64,000 bases of DNA, taken from assembly GCA_048270185.1 (NCBI GenBank), contig JBLWTJ010000001.1:512001-576000 (forward strand), read 5' to 3'. This document shows positions 19,857 through 29,466 of the stretch, in pieces. Under the pieces are notes generated by a model. It was not told where the DNA came from, ran no database searches, and saw only the letters and a list, made by a program, of their open reading frames with translations. The stretch is from Bacteriovoracaceae bacterium (GTDB lineage: Bacteria > Bdellovibrionota > Bacteriovoracia > Bacteriovoracales > Bacteriovoracaceae). The position numbers and the translations under genes are program-made. The stretch's first letter is position 1; each line of letters opens with the position of its first letter.

Positions 19857-21263
19857 TTAAATACTCTTTAAAAGATCACGCATTGTTAAACGACACCTCT
19901 TATCATTCTTATAAGCTAAGATATCAAAAGCTGTCTTATGGACACGGTGAACCTTAGTGAATTTAGTACTGATCCCGCTTTCAATAAGTACAGATAGAGA
20001 ACGACTATTACAATTAAGTGCTGCTTGATACATAAGGTTCTCGTCACGTTTTTTATCGCGATCATACATTGGATTATCTAATAAATATTGACTAATCTTA
20101 CCGGCATCACTTCTTACAACAGAATTTAAGAAATAACCATCATAGCAGGATTTAACTTTATTAAGTTTACAAAAGTACTCATCATACGAATCGATAGGAA
20201 CAGGTACTAGCTCCTTGAGTAAATCCAGTGAATCATTATCGACAATTGCGGCCATAATAAAGCGATCATCAAACCATTGATAGAGTTTATCTTGAGGCAT
20301 ACCATTGCGGTAATAAGATACGAACTCTTCAGGTTTATCATTAAGAAGTTCAATTCCATATGAAGGTTTAATAAATTTGAACTCACTTAAAACATCATAA
20401 GCACGTAAATTAACATGAATTTGACTATATACAAATATTCCTAAGAGTAGATTAAAACCAAGCAAATAAGAGTAATTAATAGCATGAACTTTTAATTGCT
20501 TACCAAGACTTGGTTGAACAAAACGATATGATGTATGTTCATTCCTTGTTCTTGAGTTTGTCATTATTCTCTTAAGAAGGAGAATATCATATACACATAT
20601 AAAAAAGACGATAAAGTTGAATGCTGAGAAATACTCACTAAAAACAGGTACAAGCGCCTTTAATGCTACAGTATCAAATAGAAAAATAATAATCATACCA
20701 AAGAAAGCAATACCATTTAAGATAATGATTTTTACATTTTCAAGACTACCGGCCTCCATAGTTGTATATCGATCGATAATATTCATCTGATGAACATGAG
20801 TAACAATGATAAACAAATGCAAACAACTTATAGCAGTGAAAACGTATAAATGCCCATAGCCGGAAAAATCGATAAAGGAAGGTGATAAAAAATAAATGTA
20901 ATAAGTTATAGGTATAACGATAAAGAAAGAATTTATCGAAGATGAGAATAGTGAAATCGTAAACTTTTGCAAGTAAGTGAGTGGTAAAGCATTATTATAT
21001 AAGAATGTTGGATTGTCTCTACGACTTAGAAGACCTGTTTTCACAACACTTGAAACTTGTTTATTGAAAAATATTGAAGAGACAAGAAGAAAGATAAAAT
21101 AAACCGGTAATGCTCTAAAGATAAAGATACGATCAAGTACATGTATAAGAAGTCCTAGAACAAGGGCCCAACATAATTGAACAAAGAATAGCTTCTTGTT
21201 TTCTCGCCATTGATTTAAAATTAATAATCTTACAATACTATGCTGCTTCATTTTGCACCTCAA
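19857..21263 (-). CDS. Polytopic membrane protein (ABC permease-like) with ankyrin-like C-terminus
   Basis: About 7-8 hydrophobic segments; LMYQAALNCN...LIESG and TAFDIL resemble ankyrin repeats; overlaps ABC ATPase gene. Confidence 0.6.
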   Translation of the reverse strand: MRCKMKQHSIVRLLILNQWRENKKLFFVQLCWALVLGLLIHVLDRIFIFRALPVYFIFLLVSSIFFNKQVSSVVKTGLLSRRDNPTFLYNNALPLTYLQKFTISLFSSSINSFFIVIPITYYIYFLSPSFIDFSGYGHLYVFTAISCLHLFIIVTHVHQMNIIDRYTTMEAGSLENVKIIILNGIAFFGMIIIFLFDTVALKALVPVFSEYFSAFNFIVFFICVYDILLLKRIMTNSRTRNEHTSYRFVQPSLGKQLKVHAINYSYLLGFNLLLGIFVYSQIHVNLRAYDVLSEFKFIKPSYGIELLNDKPEEFVSYYRNGMPQDKLYQWFDDRFIMAAIVDNDSLDLLKELVPVPIDSYDEYFCKLNKVKSCYDGYFLNSVVRSDAGKISQYLLDNPMYDRDKKRDENLMYQAALNCNSRSLSVLIESGISTKFTKVHRVHKTAFDILAYKNDKRCRLTMRDLLKSI

Positions 21264-21885
21264 GATTATTAATAGTTATCACATGTACGTCATCAAACTC
21301 AGTATCTTCAGGAATATTTGTTGCCATAAGCACGCTTCGACCTTTAGCACATTCTTCACGTAACACTGAATTGAGCTTAATTCTTGCATCACGGTCAAGT
21401 ACGGCCGTTACTTCGTCCATAAGAAGAAATGGCACTTGAGAACTAATAGCAGCGATAAACTGAATTCTAACCTTCATACCCGTTGATAATTGTGACACAT
21501 ACTTGTTTCGGTCGAGACGAAAAATTTCGAGAAGTTCTTTTTCGCGTTCTTTATCGTAATTAGCATACATTAAAGAATAGTTATCTAAAATAAAGCCAAC
21601 ACGTGAACTTGGGTCAAACATTAAGTCATGTGAATTAAAGAACATCTTTTGTAAAATTTCAGTATTTGCAGATACTGGATTCATACCAAAAATACTAATC
21701 TCTCCTTCTAGAGGATGCCTTAAACCGAGTAATAAATTAATTAAAGTACTCTTACCTGAACCATTCTTACCCAATAAGACATAGAACTTACCTTCAGAGA
21801 TCTCAAGGTTAAGGTTATGAAATATCTCCTCTCCACTTGGATAGGTATAAGATAGATTATTAATCGATAGGATATTATTACTCAT
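21238..21885 (-). CDS. ABC transporter ATP-binding protein
   Basis: GKNGSGKST, LSTGM, LLMDE. Confidence 0.9.
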   Translation of the reverse strand: MSNNILSINNLSYTYPSGEEIFHNLNLEISEGKFYVLLGKNGSGKSTLINLLLGLRHPLEGEISIFGMNPVSANTEILQKMFFNSHDLMFDPSSRVGFILDNYSLMYANYDKEREKELLEIFRLDRNKYVSQLSTGMKVRIQFIAAISSQVPFLLMDEVTAVLDRDARIKLNSVLREECAKGRSVLMATNIPEDTEFDDVHVITINNLEVQNEAA

Positions 21886-22034
21886 GACAGGCCTTTATCC
21901 GCAAAGAGTTCATTATAATAGATAATATATCTCAATAAAAAATCGGTACTTTAGAGGCTTTTCTTTAGATGATTTAGGAAAATATAGAGAATAAAAGTGG
22001 TATGTGCCCAAGATAGAACACATACCAAACTAAA

Positions 22035-23597
22035 TTATAAATTGAGAGCTTCTTGAAGCTTCTTACCTATTTCAGGGTGAGTCAGCTGGCCACTAAACTC
22101 ATTGGCCCATTCTCTTTCACCTAGAGTATAGACATGCACAGGGGCGGCCGTGTGACCACCTGTTCCCCAAACGATATTCAATTTATCAGCAATAGCATGA
22201 GTGATAAGTGCGATTCTGATATTTACGATATCGTACCAGTAGTGATCGTGATAATCATGTAATTCAGGCAGTTGTCCTTTTGAAAGGCTTAACCCTTCAC
22301 GACGCTTGTCTTCTGCTGTAGCTTTTGTAAGGATTTCACGACACTTAGACTGTTTAAGTTCGATCGAAGTGATATCCTTAACTAATTCACACAATTTTGC
22401 AGGAGTCTGTGACTTCTTTGGTAACTCAAGAAAATCAACCCATAAGTTCAAAATATTCTTCTTTTGACTGTAAAGAGTATCAAGTGAGTTATAAGCACCA
22501 TAATTGATAAGTGGCTTAAGCTCTTTTCCACCGAAACGCGAACCATTTAAAACAACACCAGGATTTTGAGTTCCAACATTATAACCAAAACCAAAACCAC
22601 CTGTTTCGTGATCGGCCGTGATAACCAAGAGTGTATCAGGATTCTTCTTCACCCAATCAGTTACCCAATTGATTGTTTCATTAAAAGATAACATTTCGTG
22701 AAGCATACTTCCTGCATCATTTTGATGACCGGCCCAATCAATCTGACCACCTTCAATCATCAGAAAAAACCCTTTTTCACTCTTTGAAAGTTTATTGATA
22801 GCAGCTTTTGACATCTCAAGAAGAGTTGGCACTTCACGCTTTGGGTCTTCTTTAATATCACGATACCAAATTGCTTCTGGCATACTTCCGTTTGTAAAGA
22901 GGCCTAAAACTTTTTTAGATGGATCTATTTTTTCTAATTCGCTACGTGAATGAATAACTTGAATTCCTTTTGCTCTTGCTTCATCAAGAAGATTTCTGTC
23001 ATCCTTTCTCTTTGACTTAAGAGTTAAGTGTGGTGCGATTTCCTTATTCATTCCCTTCGGAATAAAACGATAGGCACCACCAGAGAACATAATATCTGGT
23101 GCACTCTCAACCATTCCCGCAGCAATTTGATCTTCTGACCAACGATTAGCAACGTGGGCCGCAAAAGAAGCAGGTGTCGCATGAGTAAGTCTTGTATCAG
23201 AGACCAATCCAGTCATTAAACCTTTGTCTTGTGCTTTTTGAAGAATTGTCTTCTTAACTTCACCATTAATATCAAGTCCAATCATTTCAGACCTAGCAGG
23301 CTCTCCTGTTGCTAGTTGAGTTGCTGAACATGCAGAATCTACAACAATATTGCCATGAGGCTGGGTATTTGAAATACCAATTTGGTTTGAGTTAACTCCA
23401 TCAAAGGCAAACTTCACATTCTTCATTGCCGGGTTAGAATTGTATTTTAAATAATAGTATAAGAGAGAAACCTGCCCAGGTCCCATTCCATCCCCAATCA
23501 TTAAAATTACATTCTTTGGTTTTTTTGGTTTTGTCGACTGACAACTAGTCACTAGCAACAATGAAGTGATTGCTGCCATAAAAAATAATTTATGCAT
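22035..23597 (-). CDS. Alkaline phosphatase (PhoA family) lipoprotein
   Basis: NVILMIGDGMG, DSACSAT, THATPASF, EGGQIDWAGH, TADHETGG; lipobox VTSC. Confidence 0.93.
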   Translation of the reverse strand: MHKLFFMAAITSLLLVTSCQSTKPKKPKNVILMIGDGMGPGQVSLLYYYLKYNSNPAMKNVKFAFDGVNSNQIGISNTQPHGNIVVDSACSATQLATGEPARSEMIGLDINGEVKKTILQKAQDKGLMTGLVSDTRLTHATPASFAAHVANRWSEDQIAAGMVESAPDIMFSGGAYRFIPKGMNKEIAPHLTLKSKRKDDRNLLDEARAKGIQVIHSRSELEKIDPSKKVLGLFTNGSMPEAIWYRDIKEDPKREVPTLLEMSKAAINKLSKSEKGFFLMIEGGQIDWAGHQNDAGSMLHEMLSFNETINWVTDWVKKNPDTLLVITADHETGGFGFGYNVGTQNPGVVLNGSRFGGKELKPLINYGAYNSLDTLYSQKKNILNLWVDFLELPKKSQTPAKLCELVKDITSIELKQSKCREILTKATAEDKRREGLSLSKGQLPELHDYHDHYWYDIVNIRIALITHAIADKLNIVWGTGGHTAAPVHVYTLGEREWANEFSGQLTHPEIGKKLQEALNL

Positions 23598-23600
23598 GGA

Positions 23601-24428
23601 TTATCCTTCAATTAATAAATTTAGGTATGATTTTATCTCATCTTTGTTATTTAAGATACCTTTATAGGTCATGGTCTCAGCAGTCATTGACGCTATCGCG
23701 TCCCTGAGTAAAATAAGCTCACCAACAGGAATCTGCGAAACATTTAGAAAGTAAGTTTTTATTGTGAAAAGAAATGAATCAAGCTTAGGCAGTCCTACCA
23801 TATGTTGTTTTTCAATTCTCATATACAACTGATGTTTACCATCGTTAATAAAGTAGCGGCCCTGCCAATTCTTTTCCAGTATATCTTTTGGGGCCTCTGG
23901 GTGGTGATTAAGTCTCGTATCAGTCGCAAGTCCCCAGGCATAGCGTTTAAATGGCCCTCGTTCAATCATGGAGCGGCATAGTCGTTGAGCATTCTTTGCA
24001 ATTGGGCCAAAGTCGGCAACAGGGATATGAATGTCATTAAAGTTTTTAGAAATCTTTTCTCGAGGATCCCAATGATTTGGAAAACACAATGAAATGGCCA
24101 CGGCCTTATCCCCTTTAATAATGGCAAAGTCTTCTTGTGTATTAAGAGTTAGTTCCTCAGTATTTGCATAACTATGATTGGCACAAATATTTAAAAATTG
24201 CATATACTCTGATTCATTTTTTAAATACTCGTTATCAAGACAAAGGTACTTATTCTTATCTTCATTAAAGCAAAGTCTCTTCTGAGCTTGATAATGATCA
24301 TATCGATTGTCTCTTTCAAAAACCTCACCCTTTAAAGGAGAAAGACCCGCAATAACTTCATACTTTCCTTTTCTAAGAGGAAAGAGATTATTTGAAAATG
24401 GAAGACAATCAGCTTGAGAATATTGCAT
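23601..24428 (-). CDS. DUF3445 / heme-dependent oxidative N-demethylase alpha-like protein
   Basis: QEDFAI...LCFPNHWDPREKI...IHIPV, RIEKQ..LP, LFTIKTY; start likely MQYSQ. Confidence 0.75.
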   Translation of the reverse strand: MQYSQADCLPFSNNLFPLRKGKYEVIAGLSPLKGEVFERDNRYDHYQAQKRLCFNEDKNKYLCLDNEYLKNESEYMQFLNICANHSYANTEELTLNTQEDFAIIKGDKAVAISLCFPNHWDPREKISKNFNDIHIPVADFGPIAKNAQRLCRSMIERGPFKRYAWGLATDTRLNHHPEAPKDILEKNWQGRYFINDGKHQLYMRIEKQHMVGLPKLDSFLFTIKTYFLNVSQIPVGELILLRDAIASMTAETMTYKGILNNKDEIKSYLNLLIEG

Positions 24429-25314
24429 TAAATATTTTCTCCTTTGCATAAGTAAGTAACTTATTATTTTCAAGTAAGTAGTTAGACCAGGCATGAAAAC
24501 CATCTTTATATTCAATGAAGTGAACGTCCACACCACTACGTATTAGTTTTTCATAAAACATTACACTATCATCATAGAGAACATCTTTCTTAGCAGCATA
24601 AATAAAAGTAGCAGGCAAATGTTCAAGCTCATCACTAAAGAGTGGAAATATCTTAGGATCTTGTAAATGAACATCTCGATCACTGATAGCAAAATCTAAT
24701 AATTTTAAAAGCATTGATTTTGAAAGTCCCGACTCTTCACCACTTTGATAAGTATTGGCCGACTCCGTTTCAAAATCACTTTGAAAATGCCCCGTAATCA
24801 AGTGTAGATCCTTAATCTCAAAGTCCATTGCTTTTAACGCAATAAGAGACGCTAAATTTGCTCCGGCCGAAACACCTGTTAGACTAAAAGACTTAACGCC
24901 GTTTTGTGCAAGTTCACCCAAAAGCTCAACACCCCAATTAGCAATTTCATCAATCGTTGATTCAGGAGAAAGCGGATAACTTGGACATAGAATAGCCTGA
25001 TTTGTTTCTTTAAAGTAAGCTTCACAAAATTGCAAACTTGTCAGTTCACTACCGGTAACATAGCCTCCGGAGTGAAGGTGGATAACCAGATGATCACTAT
25101 AATCTCCCCAGAGAAAAGCTCTTCGCTTTGCCAAGACGATGGGTTCTACACTTAAAAAAGATACATTCTCTTTTTCAATGAGGTCCATCGCTCTTCGCAT
25201 TTCATCCAAAGTTATACGAGAGAATCTCTTAATTCCAACATCAAAGAATGCCTGCATCGAGGCCAGTCTTTTGATTTGAATAAACTCATTAATTTCTACT
25301 TCTGGTAATGACAT
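24409..25314 (-). CDS. Alpha/beta hydrolase (HSL-like esterase)
   Basis: HSGGY oxyanion motif, GVSAG nucleophile, DVLYDD, GFHAW. Confidence 0.85.
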   Translation of the reverse strand: MSLPEVEINEFIQIKRLASMQAFFDVGIKRFSRITLDEMRRAMDLIEKENVSFLSVEPIVLAKRRAFLWGDYSDHLVIHLHSGGYVTGSELTSLQFCEAYFKETNQAILCPSYPLSPESTIDEIANWGVELLGELAQNGVKSFSLTGVSAGANLASLIALKAMDFEIKDLHLITGHFQSDFETESANTYQSGEESGLSKSMLLKLLDFAISDRDVHLQDPKIFPLFSDELEHLPATFIYAAKKDVLYDDSVMFYEKLIRSGVDVHFIEYKDGFHAWSNYLLENNKLLTYAKEKIFNAIFSS

Positions 25315-25363
25315 AGTAACTACTTATAAACACGCGCTTCCAATGTTTTTAACTTAATATGGT

Positions 25364-25390
25364 TAAAGTATATAAATAAAAAACCGATAA
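25364..25390 (+). promoter_or_regulatory. Sigma28 (FliA)-type promoter
   Basis: TAAA-N15-ACCGATAA, one mismatch from TAAA-N15-GCCGATAA. Confidence 0.65.
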
Positions 25391-25447
25391 TTAAAGATAG
25401 ATTAAGATTAGATTAAAACAACTATAACTAGATGGAAATGCCTTCCC

Positions 25448-25741
25448 ATGAATATTACAAAATTCATTAAAGCTGTACTAACAACATTACTCGCAATGCC
25501 AGTTATGGCAGCATCTCTAGTCGCAGAGCCAGTACAAGACTACTCAGAGTACGTAGAAAACGAAGAAGAGAAGACAAAACAAACAGATCAATATGACGGA
25601 TACGACCAAAATCCTTTCTTTTCAAAGGGTCCTCGTGCAAAACTTAAGCCTGTTCACAATGTGGAAGTCGTGGACGATGACCAACATGGACCGACAATGC
25701 CAGTCAATGTTCGGGCCCAACGCTACCCGGCCAATGAATAA
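25448..25741 (+). CDS. Small secreted protein (C-terminal RYPAN)
   Basis: Signal peptide ending VMA; acidic mature region. Confidence 0.7.
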   Translation: MNITKFIKAVLTTLLAMPVMAASLVAEPVQDYSEYVENEEEKTKQTDQYDGYDQNPFFSKGPRAKLKPVHNVEVVDDDQHGPTMPVNVRAQRYPANE

Positions 25742-25858
25742 AGTAGCTGAACAGACTCGTGTGCATTATCAATTTTTTCAAACAATAAATTCATAAAAAT
25801 CACAATTTAGAGATCAATAATAGGTCCAAGTATTTAACTAACAACAAAGGTTGTAAGA

Positions 25859-26098
25859 ATGAAAACACTTGGACTAATGACTCTCTTATTTCTCTATACT
25901 CCTCATGCTTATGGTGCCGATTATGACAATCGCGATAACACGCAAGAAGTTACCTCAGAAAAGGTCAATAAAGAAGTTAACACCAAAGAGGAAGAACTAA
26001 AACAAGCTAAAAATATAGGAATGGAAGATGATAGTCGCGTACCGGCCAGTGTAGAAGATAACAAAATCTTCGAACAGCACTATCTTCACTACTACTAA
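25859..26098 (+). CDS. Small secreted protein (RVPAS motif)
   Basis: Signal peptide ending AYG/A. Confidence 0.7.
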   Translation: MKTLGLMTLLFLYTPHAYGADYDNRDNTQEVTSEKVNKEVNTKEEELKQAKNIGMEDDSRVPASVEDNKIFEQHYLHYY

Positions 26099-26099
26099 G

Positions 26100-26390
26100 A
26101 TGAAAGTACTATCAACAAACACATTTAGATTGTTACTTATTGGACCAATTATTTTACTGCCTCTATCTTTTGCACAAGAGCAAAGTACTGCAGCCATTGT
26201 CCACGACAAAGACCCGTCAGTGGAGAGATTAATCGAAAATAGTAAAGATAAACCTCCCTATACAAATGATGAAGCGACAAAGAAGGAAAAAGTAAAAGAA
26301 TCAAAAGAAAGGACACCTGCTTCAAAACAGGAGGAAATGAAATTATTTCGAAACTTAGAAAGACCTCTTTACGATCGACGATATAAATAA
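26100..26390 (+). CDS. Small secreted protein (RTPAS motif)
   Basis: Signal peptide ending SFA; starts 1 bp after previous stop. Confidence 0.7.
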   Translation: MKVLSTNTFRLLLIGPIILLPLSFAQEQSTAAIVHDKDPSVERLIENSKDKPPYTNDEATKKEKVKESKERTPASKQEEMKLFRNLERPLYDRRYK

Positions 26391-26407
26391 CATAGGTTTC
26401 TCAAAAC

Positions 26408-26433
26408 TATATTGTACACAATATAATATTGTG
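26408..26433. promoter_or_regulatory. OhrR-type operator (overlapping inverted repeats)
   Basis: TATATTGT-AC-ACAATATA and CACAATAT-A-ATATTGTG; resembles B. subtilis OhrR site TACAATT-N-AATTGTA. Confidence 0.65.
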
Positions 26434-26458
26434 CTATATTTCTACAAAAGGAGAAGCT

Positions 26459-26935
26459 ATGAGCATTTATGATTACAAAGCAGTTGATATTAGAGGCAAT
26501 GAACGTTCATTAAGTGAATTTAAAGGTAAAAGCCTACTCATCGTTAATACGGCCAGTAAATGTGGCTTTACACCGCAATATGAAGGCCTACAACAACTTT
26601 ACGATAAATATCAGGGAAAACTTGAAATACTTGCCTTCCCTTGTAATCAATTTGGAAAGCAGGAGCCAGGTAGTTCAGAAGATATCCAATCCTTTTGTGA
26701 CCTTACTTTTAAAACATCATTTCCTCTATTTGAAAAAGTCGATGTAAATGGTGACACTACTCACCCACTATTTAAATATCTAAAAGATGAACTTCCAGGA
26801 CTTCTTGGAAGTAAGAAAATAAAATGGAACTTTACTAAATTCCTCATTGATCACAATGGAAAACCAGTTAAGCGCTATGCTCCGATTGATAAGCCAGAAT
26901 CATTAGAAAAAGATATCGAGGCAAGCTTTGAGTAG
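26459..26935 (+). CDS. Glutathione peroxidase
   Basis: VNTASKCGFTPQY, FPCNQFGKQEPG, IKWNFTKFL; start MSIYDY after AGGAG. Confidence 0.95.
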   Translation: MSIYDYKAVDIRGNERSLSEFKGKSLLIVNTASKCGFTPQYEGLQQLYDKYQGKLEILAFPCNQFGKQEPGSSEDIQSFCDLTFKTSFPLFEKVDVNGDTTHPLFKYLKDELPGLLGSKKIKWNFTKFLIDHNGKPVKRYAPIDKPESLEKDIEASFE

Positions 26936-27368
26936 AATTGAACAATTGGCTTTAGACAACCAGTTCTGTTTTAGTCTTTACCGATTAAGTAAGCTTGTTA
27001 CAAATCAGTATAGGCCATACTTGGATGAGATAAATTTAACATACCCTCAGTATTTAGTAATGCTGTGTCTTTGGGAGGATGAGAAATTAAACATGTCGAC
27101 ACTAGGAGAGAAACTCTCTCTTGATAACGGAACTTTAACCCCTTTAATTAAACGTCTTATAGAGAAAGAGTTGGTGGAGAAGAAGCGCTGTGAAGAAGAT
27201 GAAAGGATTGTCTATATTACAACGACAACAACAGGAAAGAAATTAAAGAAGAAAGCATCTGGTATTGCGCAAAAGCTACTTTGTAAGCAAAATGCCGATA
27301 TTAATAAGATGTTAAAACTAAAAAAAGAGATTGATGATCTCTATGATAATTGGAGCACACATGAATAA
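26928..27368 (+). CDS. ohrR: MarR family regulator, OhrR-like
   Basis: LDNQFCFSLY redox Cys, LTYPQYLVM, LDNGTLTPLIKRL, DER. Confidence 0.85.
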   Translation: MSRIEQLALDNQFCFSLYRLSKLVTNQYRPYLDEINLTYPQYLVMLCLWEDEKLNMSTLGEKLSLDNGTLTPLIKRLIEKELVEKKRCEEDERIVYITTTTTGKKLKKKASGIAQKLLCKQNADINKMLKLKKEIDDLYDNWSTHE

Positions 27369-28002
27369 TGAAGAAATTTTGAAAGCACTAAATTGGCGAT
27401 ATGCCACAAAAGTATTTGATAAGAATAAGAAAATTTCAGAAAAAGACCTACATGTCCTAACTGAATCATTAAGATTAGCTGCAAGTTCTTTCGGGCTACA
27501 ACCTTGGAAGTTTATCTTAGTTAACGATGAAAAAACTCGTGAGGAGTTAAGAGAACATTCTTGGGGTCAATCGCAAGTTACCGATGCCTCTCATTATTTT
27601 GTCCTGGCCTATATGACGGAACTAAATGAGGATTATATTGAAAAATTTGTGCAATCAATTGCAGATCAAAGAAATGTTGAGAGAGAAAGTCTACAAGGTT
27701 ACTACGATGTAATGAAAGGTGCACTTATCGATGGGCCACGTTCAAAGGAAATTCCAGAATGGTCCCAGCGTCAAACATATATCGCGATGGGACAACTACT
27801 TGCAACAGCTGCAATTCAAGGAATAGATACGTGTGCAATTGAAGGCATCGTAAATGAAGAATATGATAAGATTCTTGGACTTGAAGGAACAAAGTATAAA
27901 ACTCTTGGTACAGTTGCCCTCGGTTATCGTTCAGATGAAGATAAGTATAAAGATCTTGAAAAGGTGCGTTTTAGTTTCGATGAAATTTTTAATGTAATAT
28001 AG
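27361..28002 (+). CDS. Nitroreductase (NfsB-like NAD(P)H oxidoreductase)
   Basis: WRYATKVFD, SSFGLQPWKF, IDTCAIEG, LGYRS. Confidence 0.9.
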   Translation: MNNEEILKALNWRYATKVFDKNKKISEKDLHVLTESLRLAASSFGLQPWKFILVNDEKTREELREHSWGQSQVTDASHYFVLAYMTELNEDYIEKFVQSIADQRNVERESLQGYYDVMKGALIDGPRSKEIPEWSQRQTYIAMGQLLATAAIQGIDTCAIEGIVNEEYDKILGLEGTKYKTLGTVALGYRSDEDKYKDLEKVRFSFDEIFNVI

Positions 28003-28016
28003 AGAATTATAAAAAA

Positions 28017-28043
28017 AGAAAGGCTCTATTAAAGGGCCTTTCT
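28017..28043 (+). terminator. Terminator
   Basis: AGAAAGGCTCT-ATTA-AAGGGCCTTTCT. Confidence 0.65.
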
Positions 28044-28060
28044 TATGTTAAAGTATTAAA

Positions 28061-28597
28061 ATGATTCTTATTCCTATTATCGCATTCTTTCTTATCATTT
28101 TTGGTTTTCTTCTTTATAAGCACTACTCTTTAAAGTTTAGCAGACAGATTGCCAAGAAAAAATTCATACAATATATTGATACTTGGAGCTCAAAGCTTAA
28201 TAGTAAAACCACTTTATTTAAAAGCTTAACAGATCAAGATCAAAAACAACTCTTAGATGCAATCCAAGTGTTTCTTAGTGAGAAGAAGTGGGACAAAACG
28301 ATCAGTGAGGATGAGAAACTTCTTACATCTTATTATGCATCTCTATTAATCTTTAAGAGAAAGACAAACTACTACCCTAATATCAAGTATATCAATCAAT
28401 TCAAACCTTTTGAATATTGGATAGAAGAGAATGAGAAACAATTTGAAATTGATTTCGGGAAAATGGCGCTAAAGGAAATGCAAGGTAATTTTGTCAAATA
28501 CACTATCGAGTACTTTGAAAATGTCGTAGCAATTAAATCAGAAAGACCAAAGATATATCAACAATTGAACTCTTATTTTAAATTTTGGCGTCAATAA
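28061..28597 (+). CDS. Truncated MtfA/peptidase M90-like membrane-anchored protein lacking HEXXH
   Basis: IQVFLSEKKW, ASLLIFKRKTNYYP and EYFE...RPKIYQQL resemble MtfA N- and C-terminal parts; no HEXXH. Confidence 0.55.
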   Translation: MILIPIIAFFLIIFGFLLYKHYSLKFSRQIAKKKFIQYIDTWSSKLNSKTTLFKSLTDQDQKQLLDAIQVFLSEKKWDKTISEDEKLLTSYYASLLIFKRKTNYYPNIKYINQFKPFEYWIEENEKQFEIDFGKMALKEMQGNFVKYTIEYFENVVAIKSERPKIYQQLNSYFKFWRQ

Positions 28598-29259
28598 AAG
28601 TCAGCATCGTTTGAGCTATATGGATGAACTCTCTTATACTGAGGACCTTGCTCAATATGGGCCTTAATATTGATTAGATTCCACTTGAAAGTATTGGTCA
28701 CACTACGCTTTGTTATGAAGCGAAAGATCTGTTGCCAGAGGAAGTATTCGAAACTTGAAGGCTTCTTTTCAAGCTCTTCTCTTTTGATATATCCTGAACG
28801 AAAAGTAAGCAGTGTCTTCTTCTCACCTAACTTCTTATAAATTTGTTCAACGAGAAACTCTCCTTTCTCATCATAGTTCATAAAATCCATGAACTCATTA
28901 AAGTTATAGGCCCTAATTTGTTTGTAGTACTCCGACTCACCTTTTTCAATTTTAGTTGTGGTCTCATCCCAGAATGTTCCTGTCTGACTCTTGCGTCTGA
29001 AACATCTGCGAGTGAAGCCAATATCACTCTCCATCAAATCTTTATTCCAAGGGCATTGCGAATCAGGACAGGCAACAATACTATAAAAGTAAGTCGACCA
29101 TTGACGGGCGTTTTCGTTAACTGAATTATAGGCCCATACTTCATCAATTGAAGCATTAATCTCAATTGAATATTCAGCGTATTCAGACGGCTTTGTGTAC
29201 TCGAAAGCAGTAGTCGATAGACTGAAGAAAATCAGAAATAGAGATAGAAGCTTTCTCAT
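28591..29259 (-). CDS. Secreted SRPBCC/START-like protein
   Basis: Signal peptide; SIEINASIDEVW, GFTRRC, NLINIKAHIE. Confidence 0.6.
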   Translation of the reverse strand: MRKLLSLFLIFFSLSTTAFEYTKPSEYAEYSIEINASIDEVWAYNSVNENARQWSTYFYSIVACPDSQCPWNKDLMESDIGFTRRCFRRKSQTGTFWDETTTKIEKGESEYYKQIRAYNFNEFMDFMNYDEKGEFLVEQIYKKLGEKKTLLTFRSGYIKREELEKKPSSFEYFLWQQIFRFITKRSVTNTFKWNLINIKAHIEQGPQYKRVHPYSSNDADFY

Positions 29260-29381
29260 TTAATAAGGATAATGGCGTATGCCTCACCGAGTCAACGACA
29301 AGCAAGATTTTTCGTTGCCAAATAATTCTTAAGTGATTAATATATCAAAAGAATTTTACGCAAATTCAGTGATTACAATGT

Positions 29382-29466
29382 GCCTAGGTGGTGAAATTGG
29401 TAAACACGCACGGTTGAGGGCCGTGTGCTTTCGAGCTTGCTGGTTCAAGTCCAGTTCTAGGCACCA
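29382..29466 (+). tRNA. tRNA-Leu(GAG)
   Basis: GCCTAGG/TCTAGGC acceptor, CACGG-TTGAGGG-CCGTG anticodon arm, long variable arm, TTCAAGT T loop, encoded CCA. Confidence 0.95.

Noticed and set aside
21941..21967. Sigma28-like promoter for the ABC module
   Set aside because: TAAA-N16-ACCGATTT has off spacing and several mismatches in AT-rich DNA
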